A stretch of DNA of 64,000 nucleotides, taken from IMG/VR virus record IMGVR_UViG_3300008448_000001, positions 140,795 through 204,794 of that record; one strand, given 5' to 3'. The notes beneath the pieces are model-generated. The model was given only the letters and a program-made list of their open reading frames with translations. It was not told the origin of the DNA and did not search any database. This document shows, one piece after another, positions 21,089 through 30,026 of this stretch. The position numbers were made by a program, and so were the translations under genes. Within the stretch, counting starts at the first letter, position 1; each line of letters begins with the position of its first letter.

Positions 21089-21507
21089 TGATTCCCTTTT
21101 CTGGTTTCTTTAACTCGCATCCACCGGCGACTACGGGGCCTACGGGCACGGACTGGGCCAATTTGACCTACAGCTACGGAACAGCTAGCAGCAACATAAC
21201 CAGTCGGCAGCTGGCTTCGGCGATCACGCTTAAGGTTGTCAATCTGACGAACCCGTCGGCCATCCAACTTTTCTACAGCATCTCCGCGACCGAAGTCACC
21301 GGCAGTCAGTTCGGTTTACCGTTCTCTCCCCCGTGGGATCCAGTTGCGGCCAGCCCCGGAAGCACTTTCTCCGTTTCGGCAGGGCAGTGGGTCAGCTTCA
21401 CTTGTTACAGCGATTCTCTCGCAACAGTGGCACCGCAAACCATCGAAGTCCGAAACAATGCAGACAACACGCTTATCGACACTTTCACTATCCAAGTGAC
21501 AGCTTAA
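21088..21507 (+). CDS. small tail-fibre-associated protein
   Basis: TAATG-coupled to the collagen gene; Thr/Ser-rich beta protein. Confidence 0.6.
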   Translation: MIPFSGFFNSHPPATTGPTGTDWANLTYSYGTASSNITSRQLASAITLKVVNLTNPSAIQLFYSISATEVTGSQFGLPFSPPWDPVAASPGSTFSVSAGQWVSFTCYSDSLATVAPQTIEVRNNADNTLIDTFTIQVTA

Positions 21508-21568
21508 AACCAGTCACTTGCAACGGCGACTGCGTCTGCTAAAGTGAATCTTTTCACGGGAGTTCTAC

Positions 21569-21907
21569 ATGCTAGATCTAGTGTTAGAAGTGGATCTTCG
21601 CGATCCAACAGAAGTTGATACCGTTAAAGCGTATTGCGTGCTTACGGAAATCAGCCTTAAACTGGATACGAAAGACGTTTGTTGCGTCTTCACCTGCTGG
21701 AAAAGCCTGGAAGCGAGAACGCACGGCTGTAAACCTTTTGCGGTTTTACCTGTTGTAGTCGAGCAAGATGCGGTTCTCCGCGCAGTATTCGACCGCCACT
21801 TTGAAGGCCTAACCGCGATGTGCGATGAACTGGTGCAGTCCTTAAGACAACCGGAAAAGAAAGCAAGGATAGAACAGAATGCCAGAAAAAATACCGTTGG
21901 TGCTTAA
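21569..21907 (+). CDS. hypothetical protein (possible fibre chaperone)
   Basis: RBS GGGAG; 112 aa. Confidence 0.6.
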   Translation: MLDLVLEVDLRDPTEVDTVKAYCVLTEISLKLDTKDVCCVFTCWKSLEARTHGCKPFAVLPVVVEQDAVLRAVFDRHFEGLTAMCDELVQSLRQPEKKARIEQNARKNTVGA

Positions 21908-23861
21908 ACACGGTCACCCGCACGCCATGGGTGATACGATTCTTTTTACTTCCATTGTGCGGGATCTGCACGCGGCCTACCCTGGAAAATACGAGACCGA
22001 GGTTGTTACAAATTTTACGAACGTGTGGTGGAACAATCCGCACGTTGTGAAGCTTTCCGCCTCGCAACGATCCTTAGCACGAATTGTCACGATGGACTGG
22101 GGAAAAGCAATCAAGCAGCACGCGATCGACGAAAAGGGAAACAAGCGGCACATACTCTCCTGGTACCACCATAACTTCGAAGAGAAGACCGGAATAAGGG
22201 TTCCCGTCACGAAGCCTAAAGCAGACTTGTATCTGTCGGACGACGAAAAGACACGTCGTTTGGCCGGAAGGTACTGGGTGGTCGTATCGGGCGGTAAACT
22301 CGACGCCACAGTAAAACACTGGCACGCTCACCGCATGCAAGAAGTCATCGACAAACTTAAAGCTGAAGGAATAAGCTGTGTGCAAGTGGGTGCAACACAA
22401 ACCAATCACGTTCACCCGCCACTGGAGCGAACGCTCAACCTCATCGGGCAGACGGATAATGTCCGGGACTTGTGGAACATCATATTGCATGCGGACGGCG
22501 TGATATGCGGCATCACGGGTGCAATGCACATAGCCGCCGCGTTCGACAAGCCTTGCGTGGTGTACGCGGGAGGGAGGGAGGACCCTTGGTTCGAAGCCTA
22601 CACGAATGAGTACAAAGCCTTCGGGCCGGAAGCTTCGGCAGTCAATGTGCCGCATCGTTACCTGCACACCGTGGGCAAGCTACCGTGCTGCGAAACGTAC
22701 GGGTGCTGGAGAAACAGGGTAGTTCCACTGGATCCTTCCGACAGGAACCGGAAGGTACATTTGCTTTGTCAAAATCCCGTGAAACCGGTTGAAACCCATC
22801 CCGTGGCCGGCTGCCAGGACTTGATACTACCCGCTGACGTGGTTTCGGCTGTGATGTCTTACTATTCCGATGGCACGATTCCGGCGGTCGATAAGTCTTC
22901 CGTTGTAAGCCAGAGTCTTCAAGTACCGGTTGTTGAGCTGGTGGAGTACAAGGAATCCCCTGTGCAGCTTATACGTGAACCGTCACGGCCCGAGGTACCG
23001 CAGAAGCAGCACCAGATGTCGCACCCCTTGGAGCTCAAGGCGAATCATACGGGACGAATCGCAAAGACAATTCAAGGCATAGATGATCCGGCAATTGGCG
23101 GAAAGGTCACGATCTTCGTTCTGTGCTACGGTCCGTACACGTCTCTTGCGACGCGTTGCATCGACGGCATACTTCGAACGGTGCCTGCCGACAAGCTGGA
23201 CCTTCGCGTTGCGACTAATCAAGTGCCCAAGTCCACCTTGAATTACTTGAAAACAACACCTGCTACGAAAATCTACGAGCACAGTGCTAACGACTTCAAG
23301 TACCCGGTAATGCGGCAAATGTTTTACGACGAAGAGCACCCGATTAAGACCGAGTACATGGTCTGGTTCGATGACGACACGTGGATTTCTAACCCTGCTT
23401 GGCTCAGCGACCTGTGCACGACCATTGCTGCAAATCATAAAAACGGCTTTAGACTTTACGGCAACATGATGTTCCACGATCTCGGCATTTACGCGAACGC
23501 CGGCTACCGTCCAGACAGCTGGTTCAAAGGAGCGACCTGGCATAAAGGCAAACCACTTAGATCGAAAACTGGCGGCGAGGATGTTTCGAACGGATCCGTA
23601 ATTGATTTCGCGGTCGGATGGTGTTGGGCGCTGCACACGCAGACGATGCGACAGGCGGACATTCCCGACTGCCGGCTGCTTCACAACGGCGGCGACATTA
23701 CAATCGGCGAGCAGTTGCACCAGACCGGCTACGGTATAAAGCAATGGAACAAAAACAAAAGTCTTGTTGCCTGTCCGTCTCGCGAGCAAGGCGGAAGACG
23801 AGGGGCAAGTCAGCGTTTTCCGTGGGACCCTAAATTCGAGATGTCACAAATTAGGCGATAA
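21879..23861 (+). CDS. bifunctional glycosyltransferase (GT9 heptosyltransferase-like + GT2/GT-A domain)
   Basis: AMGDTILFT, VKHW, CVQVG, LNLIGQTD, ITGAMHIAAAFDKPCVVY (GT9); second domain VTIFVLCY...YMVWFDDD. Confidence 0.8.
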   Translation: MPEKIPLVLKHGHPHAMGDTILFTSIVRDLHAAYPGKYETEVVTNFTNVWWNNPHVVKLSASQRSLARIVTMDWGKAIKQHAIDEKGNKRHILSWYHHNFEEKTGIRVPVTKPKADLYLSDDEKTRRLAGRYWVVVSGGKLDATVKHWHAHRMQEVIDKLKAEGISCVQVGATQTNHVHPPLERTLNLIGQTDNVRDLWNIILHADGVICGITGAMHIAAAFDKPCVVYAGGREDPWFEAYTNEYKAFGPEASAVNVPHRYLHTVGKLPCCETYGCWRNRVVPLDPSDRNRKVHLLCQNPVKPVETHPVAGCQDLILPADVVSAVMSYYSDGTIPAVDKSSVVSQSLQVPVVELVEYKESPVQLIREPSRPEVPQKQHQMSHPLELKANHTGRIAKTIQGIDDPAIGGKVTIFVLCYGPYTSLATRCIDGILRTVPADKLDLRVATNQVPKSTLNYLKTTPATKIYEHSANDFKYPVMRQMFYDEEHPIKTEYMVWFDDDTWISNPAWLSDLCTTIAANHKNGFRLYGNMMFHDLGIYANAGYRPDSWFKGATWHKGKPLRSKTGGEDVSNGSVIDFAVGWCWALHTQTMRQADIPDCRLLHNGGDITIGEQLHQTGYGIKQWNKNKSLVACPSREQGGRRGASQRFPWDPKFEMSQIRR

Positions 23862-23863
23862 AC

Positions 23864-24478
23864 ATGAAAAAAGTTTTTACGTATTATGAACCCGTTAGTC
23901 AGCTTGAACGTCAACTTGAACAGATTGATGTCTGCCGCCAATCCTGGGAAAGAAACGGTTGGAAGTTGGAAGTGATCGGAGAATCTGTTGCAAGCAGATC
24001 CGCTTTTTACGCCCAATACGTTGAAGCCATAACCAAGCTTCCGACCGTAAATCCCGGCAAATACAACTATCACTGTTACATGCGTTGGTTGGCCATGGCC
24101 GAGATCGGCGGCGGCATCATGATAGATTACGACGTCGTGAATATCTCTTTGATGCAGCCAGATGTCTTCGAACCTTCAGCGATCGCGGTTCACTGCGGCC
24201 ACGTACCTTGTACTGTGTCCGGCTCTGCCGAAAATTATCTGCGGGTTTGTCGGGAATTTTGCGACCTGGCGAAACGACCTTGGCATTTTATTGAAATTTT
24301 CGGCAAACCCCACACTTCTGACATGGTTATGCTGGCCACCGGGCTTATCCAGTTCGACGAAAAATACACCGTAACGGAATACCCGGTGCCGGGGCAACTT
24401 ATACACTGCAAGACGGACGCCTGCAATCTTGCAAAAAAACCAAAATTAGAGATAATGAAATCGTTGCTTGGCACATAA
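23864..24478 (+). CDS. putative GT-A glycosyltransferase
   Basis: CRQSWERNGW, CYMRWLAM, GGIMIDYDV (DxD). Confidence 0.6.
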   Translation: MKKVFTYYEPVSQLERQLEQIDVCRQSWERNGWKLEVIGESVASRSAFYAQYVEAITKLPTVNPGKYNYHCYMRWLAMAEIGGGIMIDYDVVNISLMQPDVFEPSAIAVHCGHVPCTVSGSAENYLRVCREFCDLAKRPWHFIEIFGKPHTSDMVMLATGLIQFDEKYTVTEYPVPGQLIHCKTDACNLAKKPKLEIMKSLLGT

Positions 24479-24490
24479 TTTGAGGCGAAA

Positions 24491-24931
24491 TTGATGGCTA
24501 GACGGATCCAGCTTACAAAGTCAGAAACCGGAACTGTCGTATTCCCTAACTACGGTGCTTACCGCTTGCGTGTCGACGTGACGGACTTCGAGGGAAACGA
24601 CATAGACGGTAACGTGTTCATTTATCGTCGAAACCCGCCTAGCCCGCACACGGATCTTAGCACGGATATATTTGAAGCGGTTGCAGGACCACCGCAACTT
24701 GCAGACATACCTGCAGGTGCACCGGATCCGGATCAAAGCTGGCCCTACTATCGCTTGAGCTACGTGGAGCTCGACGTCGCCTCGACGGCTCAAGCGACGG
24801 CCATTTGGGATGAGATACAGCACGAAGTCGGGGTGTTGGTCGCGGCGATGAACCGATTGGACACACTGCAGCCAACGCAAGTCGTCTGGATACCCGATGC
24901 ACCTGAAACCTCCACATCAAGTTCTATCTAA
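24491..24931 (+). CDS. hypothetical protein
   Basis: RBS GAGG; 146 aa. Confidence 0.65.
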   Translation: MMARRIQLTKSETGTVVFPNYGAYRLRVDVTDFEGNDIDGNVFIYRRNPPSPHTDLSTDIFEAVAGPPQLADIPAGAPDPDQSWPYYRLSYVELDVASTAQATAIWDEIQHEVGVLVAAMNRLDTLQPTQVVWIPDAPETSTSSSI

Positions 24932-24932
24932 C

Positions 24933-25229
24933 ATGGCAACACACAAACTGCTGGTACTCGAGGACACAGTTCTCCTTACACTTGCGACAAACCCGAATTT
25001 TGTACGGGAATTTCCGTTCCTTGCGAGCGGTGCCGTGCCCACAGCAAAGAAAAGCTGCAAGCCCTGCAATCGGGCGGCGTCCAAACGCGTGCAGGCGATG
25101 CAAACCATAAAGCAGTCTATTGTCAACATGGGTGTTGAGAAGAAGAAACGGCTGAAAGAGATGCTTAGCGCGGAGAAGCTTCGCCTTCGTGTTGCTCAAA
25201 ACGGTAAGGTCGTAGAGTACACTTTTTAG
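24933..25229 (+). CDS. small basic CxxC protein
   Basis: ATG 24933; CKPC; last gene of the late operon. Confidence 0.65.
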   Translation: MATHKLLVLEDTVLLTLATNPNFVREFPFLASGAVPTAKKSCKPCNRAASKRVQAMQTIKQSIVNMGVEKKKRLKEMLSAEKLRLRVAQNGKVVEYTF

Positions 25230-25261
25230 ACCTTAATTTAGGGTAAAAACGTGTCAGAATA

Positions 25262-26062
25262 ATATGCAGACGACTTATCGTTTGCAGGTCGGTCGAAGTA
25301 CAAAGGCAAACGTACTTTCACTGGCTGAAGTCGAGTATCGCAAAGACCGCACTCACTTGATGTAAAAATCAAGCCGAGGGTAACAGCGTCTTTTGTCTTT
25401 GCGATATTTGCGGGCGGCTAGCACTTGTGTCGTCCTCACCGAGATCTTCTCTATATGGGTCTTGTGAAGCATTACTGTGTGGCGTGTAAAAGTACACGTG
25501 GCACGGTTTCGGGGTTGAACTAAAAGTCTGAAAAGACATCCCCCAGTTAGTGAAAAACTGTTCTGATGAAAAGTCCTAAATTTCTGTGGGCTTCTTCGTT
25601 GGCGTCTTGTTGTATCTTTTTACGCAAGGCGAAGCCAAAAAGCAGTGAACGTTCCGAGAACATACCTTCTCGTTAAAACATAGGTAACGTGGTTACTAGC
25701 TCCACTAAAAAAAGGCTAGCAGATGTTTTGATCAAAAACGATTAAAGCACCCAGTGCGAGTCTGGCGTTTTGTCCAACGTAAAACGATACGCAAAGCTAC
25801 CGCGAAGGAGCCATTAATAATCCGGGGAAGTTCTGGATCGCTTAGCAAGCGGCAACAGCTCGTACCCTTAGGCTAACAACCTAAGCTAGCCTGGGCATAC
25901 AGGTAAAAATGCAGAGCTCACTCTTTTAGGGGTCCTAGTTACAGGATTCGATTACCGCAAGCATAAAGACTGGTGAGAGTCTTTACTGAGTAAGCGGTAT
26001 ACGGCACCATGAATCAGCCTCTACGTGGCGGTGCTAGATAACCAACCGATGATTCATTCCGC
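25262..26062 (+). ncRNA. candidate large structured non-coding RNA
   Basis: ~800 nt with no credible ORF, dense hairpins with GNRA/T-loop-like loops, ends at a terminator; boundaries approximate. Confidence 0.55.
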
Positions 26063-26076
26063 GTGTTTTACCACGC

Positions 26077-26121
26077 AAGCTCTACCGCATTCAGTGGATG
26101 CGGCGGTGGGGCTTTTTACTT
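26077..26121 (+). terminator. rho-independent terminator
   Basis: AAGCTCTACCGC...GCGGTGGGGCTT followed by T-rich tract. Confidence 0.6.
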
Positions 26122-26143
26122 TTGCATTCACAAGGATAAAATT

Positions 26144-26620
26144 ATGTTTTCTTTTTTGTTCAAAAAGCAAACCCCGGCAGCGACTCCCGTCAAGCGGAAA
26201 ACCAAGTTTGAGCAAGCTGTGGCGTTTGCAAGATCCGCATGGCCGTTGCCGTCCGACTACTCCGATTGGTTTGCTCATAACCATTTCGACGTGCTAGTAA
26301 TGCGCGGTTTGGATGAGCCAAGGGACTCGCAATCTCCGTTACATCGTGTAATGGAGGCATGGCACGCTAGCGTGCCAAAGGAGCTGCGTGACGAGCTGCT
26401 CGCTTCGGAAGAGTACCGCCAAGCGGTACTGCATGTGTTCTCGAGGCAGACGGAAGAAAGCCTTTCCAAGTTGCTTTCAAAAATGGGCGATCACGGCTAC
26501 TGGGCGCCGATGGCGGCTTGTGTCCGGGATGTCCTGGCTCGCAAATGGTACGGGGCGATGCGAATTGTCCGTCTCAACGATGACGGGAAAATTCATTACA
26601 ACTACACCGTACGCGACTAG
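26144..26620 (+). CDS. hypothetical protein
   Basis: RBS AAGGA before ATG 26144 (the upstream part of the called ORF overlaps the terminator). Confidence 0.65.
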   Translation: MFSFLFKKQTPAATPVKRKTKFEQAVAFARSAWPLPSDYSDWFAHNHFDVLVMRGLDEPRDSQSPLHRVMEAWHASVPKELRDELLASEEYRQAVLHVFSRQTEESLSKLLSKMGDHGYWAPMAACVRDVLARKWYGAMRIVRLNDDGKIHYNYTVRD

Positions 26621-26772
26621 GCTCGAGTCCTGGGCAGGACGTTAAAAGGCTCAAAAGAAATCAAATCAAAATTCGCGAGTTGCTTACGCGAACACCTTCT
26701 GATTTGATTTTTATTTGCAACTCCAGGAGGAGTACCGTCAAAGCAATAAACTTTGATGGTACTCCTCCTTTT

Positions 26773-26811
26773 GCGTAAACGATCTAACAAGATCGCTTAC
26801 GCTTTTTTTTT
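26773..26811 (+). terminator. rho-independent terminator
   Basis: GCGTAAACGATCT-AACA-AGATCGCTTACGC + T9. Confidence 0.75.
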
Positions 26812-26841
26812 AACTGTTGACAACCAAAATTGGATTTAAAA

Positions 26842-27210
26842 ATGCGCACAATTGCTTTGATCGTTTTCACTTTTTCGATGTTGTTTTCCCTTTCGGTCAT
26901 GCAAGGGGAGGAAGGCAAGCTTCCCGCCAAAAATCGGGAGAAGGTGGAAGCACAAGTTACACGGGAGTTTCAGAATTCCTTTTGGATGGCGTTCGTCATC
27001 CAACGCGGAGAACCGGGCCCGGTTTTCAGACGTTCAATGGACAAGGTTCTCGCGAAAAAAATTCGCGAGTTGACGGACGACGAGCTTGTCATCCTTAACA
27101 AGAGGATGGCGGATCTGACCGAAGAAGAGACGGAGGTTGTTCGAGCTTTTACAGCTCGAACAACGTGGAATGTGCTGTTTACCATTGTCTTCATGGACGC
27201 AAATAAATAA
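26842..27210 (+). CDS. exported/membrane hypothetical protein
   Basis: Signal-like MRTIALIVFTFSMLFSLS. Confidence 0.6.
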   Translation: MRTIALIVFTFSMLFSLSVMQGEEGKLPAKNREKVEAQVTREFQNSFWMAFVIQRGEPGPVFRRSMDKVLAKKIRELTDDELVILNKRMADLTEEETEVVRAFTARTTWNVLFTIVFMDANK

Positions 27211-27222
27211 GGCTGGGGACAC

Positions 27223-28017
27223 ATGAAACCTGAAGAACTAGCAACGATTTTAACTGAGCACGCGAAGTGGTTAAAGGATGAAGGTGGCAAAAGGGCCAAC
27301 CTGCACAGGGCCGAACTTCGCGGGGCCAACCTTGGTGGGGCCGAACTTGCCATGGTCAAACTTGCCGGGGCCGACCTTCGCGATGCCAACCTTCGCGGGG
27401 CCAACCTTGGTGGGGCCGAACTTGCCATGGTCAAACTTGCCGGGGCCGACCTTCGCGATGCCAACCTTGCCGGGGCCAACCTTCGCGGGGCCAACCTTCG
27501 CAGGGCCTTCCTTTTAGGAGCCAGCCTTATCGGGGCCGACCTGGAAGGGGCCAACCTTTACAAGGCCAACCTTATCGGAGCCAACCTTGCCGGGGCCAAC
27601 CTTCGCGGGGCCAACCTTTACAAGGCCAACCTTATCGGAGCCAACCTTGACGGGGCCGACCTTCGCGGGGTCAACCTTCGCGGGGCCAACCTTCGCCGGG
27701 CCAATCTTGAAGGGGCCGACCTTCGCGGGGCCAACCTTAACGGCGCTGACCTTGACGATGCTAATCTTACTGGGGCAAGAATCGACACCCTGGTTTGTCG
27801 CATGGATATCGATCGTTGGTCGATCTGCGTTTACGCGGACCGAACATCCATCGGTTGCAAAACACAACCTAATGAAAACTGGTTGGCTTGGACATCGGAA
27901 AGCGAAGAGATCAAGAAGATGCACTCCGATGCGGCTTCTTGGTGGGCAACGCACGGCGAGTTTATCAAAGCAGCAATCCGCCACGTGATAAAAAATTCGA
28001 AAGGCAATAACACATGA
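27223..28017 (+). CDS. pentapeptide repeat protein (copy A)
   Basis: A(N/D)LxG repeats; 75-nt perfect tandem duplication 27316-27465; conserved C-terminal IGC domain. Confidence 0.9.
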   Translation: MKPEELATILTEHAKWLKDEGGKRANLHRAELRGANLGGAELAMVKLAGADLRDANLRGANLGGAELAMVKLAGADLRDANLAGANLRGANLRRAFLLGASLIGADLEGANLYKANLIGANLAGANLRGANLYKANLIGANLDGADLRGVNLRGANLRRANLEGADLRGANLNGADLDDANLTGARIDTLVCRMDIDRWSICVYADRTSIGCKTQPNENWLAWTSESEEIKKMHSDAASWWATHGEFIKAAIRHVIKNSKGNNT

Positions 28018-28673
28018 AACCTGAAGAACTAGCAACGATTTTAACTGAGCACGCGAAGTGGTTGCGTGGCGAGGGCGGAAAGAAAGCCAACTTTTACAGT
28101 GCCAACCTGGTTAGTGCCAACCTTTGCGGTGTTTATATGCGACATTGCGACTTTCGCCTGGCTGAGCTTGTACGGGCCAACCTGGTCTATGCCAACCTTG
28201 GCGAGGCCAACCTGCGAGGTGCCAACCTGTTAGACGCTAAACTGTTCGAGGCTAACCTGGAAGGTGCCGACTTGCGGCATGCCAACCTAAGCGAGGCCAA
28301 CCTTCGAGGTGCCGACCTGCGGCATGCCAACCTGGAAGGCGCCAATCTGTACCGTGCAAACCTGGAAGGCGCCAATCTGTACCGTGCAAACCTGAAAGGT
28401 GCAAACCTGAGCCGCACCGTCGTGATCGGCGCTTGCATCAACGCCGCAATTTGTAGGATGGATTTTGGAGGTTGGTCGGTCTGCGTTTACGCGGACCGAA
28501 CAGCTATCGGCTGCCAGCAGCGCATTAACGAGGACTGGTTAGCGTGGACGCCTGAAAGCGAAGAGATCAAGCAGATGCACGAAGATGCGTCTGCTTGGTG
28601 GAAGTCGCACGGCGAAATGATTAAAGGCGTGATACGGGGTGTGATGGCAAAAGCGAAAGGCGGTGACACGTGA
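28014..28673 (+). CDS. pentapeptide repeat protein (copy B)
   Basis: Same N-terminus MKPEELATILTEHAKWL; ANL repeats. Confidence 0.9.
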   Translation: MKPEELATILTEHAKWLRGEGGKKANFYSANLVSANLCGVYMRHCDFRLAELVRANLVYANLGEANLRGANLLDAKLFEANLEGADLRHANLSEANLRGADLRHANLEGANLYRANLEGANLYRANLKGANLSRTVVIGACINAAICRMDFGGWSVCVYADRTAIGCQQRINEDWLAWTPESEEIKQMHEDASAWWKSHGEMIKGVIRGVMAKAKGGDT

Positions 28674-29182
28674 GAACGGAAGATTTGATGGCCGGGTTGA
28701 AGCCTGGCACGTGCCTTTGGCGGGATTTTTCCGTCAACAAGAACCACGAAGTTAAATTGGCTAACGTCCCGTTCACGCAAACCGACAAAGGTAATTTTAC
28801 CGCCCGTTTGCTGTTCTACGGATCCTGGCTTTTCGAGCCTACGGTGTGGAACCGGGCGGCTAAACCGCACGGGTTTGTGATCTTTGTGGACGAGCTTCCA
28901 CCCGACGACTGGACGCACCTAACGGTGCAAAGGGTCGCCGGTAATCGAAAATCGCTCACAGCAAAGTACGGAGGATTGCTACCAAGTTTGGAAGAGTACT
29001 TAGTATTCTGCCAGCAGTCCTTCAAGTTGAAACAAGAAATCGTGAATGAAACGCCAAAAAGGAAAATTCAAGCCGGTCTTTCGCTGAAGGTTTCACTTCC
29101 GAAGGAACAGCACCGCATGGTTGTCGTTCATCACTTCGATGAATCGGATTTAGTCCCGACTTTTCAATATGTCGAAAGGTAA
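28670..29182 (+). CDS. hypothetical protein
   Basis: GTGA-coupled start with strong SD. Confidence 0.65.
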   Translation: MRTEDLMAGLKPGTCLWRDFSVNKNHEVKLANVPFTQTDKGNFTARLLFYGSWLFEPTVWNRAAKPHGFVIFVDELPPDDWTHLTVQRVAGNRKSLTAKYGGLLPSLEEYLVFCQQSFKLKQEIVNETPKRKIQAGLSLKVSLPKEQHRMVVVHHFDESDLVPTFQYVER

Positions 29183-29185
29183 GAA

Positions 29186-29431
29186 ATGGCAGAAATTGAC
29201 GCGATCGCACTCGACGCAGTAATGAACAGTTTAAAACGCGCAGGTCTTTCCTGGCCGCACGGCGACCGAGAAATGCTTAAAGGTTTGATCCGAATTTACT
29301 TCGGGGATATTTCAACTCGGCTCATTGCCGAGCTGGAAAAAATCGACAAGCAATGCGCAGCGGCACAACGTGCTGTTGACAGCCTCCAGGTTGCTTGGAA
29401 AAAAGATAAGAATCGAAAGCGAGCCTTTTGA
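29186..29431 (+). CDS. hypothetical protein
   Basis: RBS AAGG; 81 aa. Confidence 0.6.
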   Translation: MAEIDAIALDAVMNSLKRAGLSWPHGDREMLKGLIRIYFGDISTRLIAELEKIDKQCAAAQRAVDSLQVAWKKDKNRKRAF

Positions 29432-29440
29432 TTTAGTGTG

Positions 29441-29514
29441 GTGACCGTAGCTCAATAGGTTAGAGCAGGAGACTCATAATCTCTCGGTTCCCGGTTCAAG
29501 TCCGGGCGGTCACA
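29441..29514 (+). tRNA. tRNA with CAT anticodon (Ile2/lysidine-type more likely than Met)
   Basis: Cloverleaf GTGACCG/CGGTCAC, D arm GCTC/GAGC, anticodon arm GGAGA-CTCATAA-TCTCT, T arm CCCGG-TTCAAGT-CCGGG; CCA not encoded. Confidence 0.92.
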
Positions 29515-29577
29515 CTGCTGACAACTGCTACGTAGCAGCTGTTACCTTGTTTGTTAGACCCTTTCACAGGAGTTGAT

Positions 29578-29829
29578 ATGATAGGTTTAATGAAGAAGAA
29601 GAACCGCAAGGAGTGGTTCGATAAAATTGCGAGAGAGTCGCGACGTCTCGGAAGCTACATGGTGAGCTACAATCCGCAGAAAAAAAACGGAGCCTCGGAA
29701 GAGGAAATCGTTTGGGAGTTGAAGAAACGAGGAGTGCAGTCAGTGCAGTTTTACTCCGCCTTTTTCGACGTGTTTACCCCGTTTAAACCCGCGGAAAACG
29801 AGCAACCGCTGACGGAAGCGTGTTCCTAA
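29578..29829 (+). CDS. hypothetical protein
   Basis: RBS CAGGAG before ATG 29578. Confidence 0.55.
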   Translation: MIGLMKKKNRKEWFDKIARESRRLGSYMVSYNPQKKNGASEEEIVWELKKRGVQSVQFYSAFFDVFTPFKPAENEQPLTEACS

Positions 29830-29851
29830 CGCAAGACTTCAGGGAGGAAGT

Positions 29852-30013
29852 ATGCTCCGATTGATTTTGATTTTTACGTTTCTGGCGGGCGGTTGCGCCG
29901 CCCCCAGACAACAAACATTAAGGGTGGACGTCTACGCACGTAATGTAGATGTCCTTGCTGATAAGTTTTCAGGGAACGGCGATGTTGCGGTTTCCTATTC
30001 ATCCGTTTGGTAA
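29852..30013 (+). CDS. small lipoprotein (53 aa, not in ORF track)
   Basis: RBS GGGAGG; MLRLILIFTFLAGGC lipobox; ends VAVSYSSVW. Confidence 0.65.
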   Translation: MLRLILIFTFLAGGCAAPRQQTLRVDVYARNVDVLADKFSGNGDVAVSYSSVW

Positions 30014-30026
30014 GAAAGACAGAATC

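Noticed and set aside
25563-25600. CTGATGA (hammerhead core) and GAAAAGTCC (RNase P CR-I-like)
   Set aside because: No GAAA after stem II and no RNase P CR-V partner found; the bases fit a plain hairpin
25929-25952. GGGG...GGATTCGA resembling a tmRNA 5' end
   Set aside because: No matching T-arm/acceptor 3' end or tag ORF; it folds as a local hairpin
26618-26710. Pseudoknot-stimulated readthrough of the TAG at 26618
   Set aside because: It would add only about 28 residues with no recognisable features
26817-26842. TTGACA sigma-70 promoter
   Set aside because: No correctly spaced -10 element before the ATG
27780-28673. Diversity-generating retroelement TR/VR pair among the pentapeptide or 50.9-54.5 kb paralogs
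   Set aside because: Differences are not adenine-specific and no reverse transcriptase is present in the window
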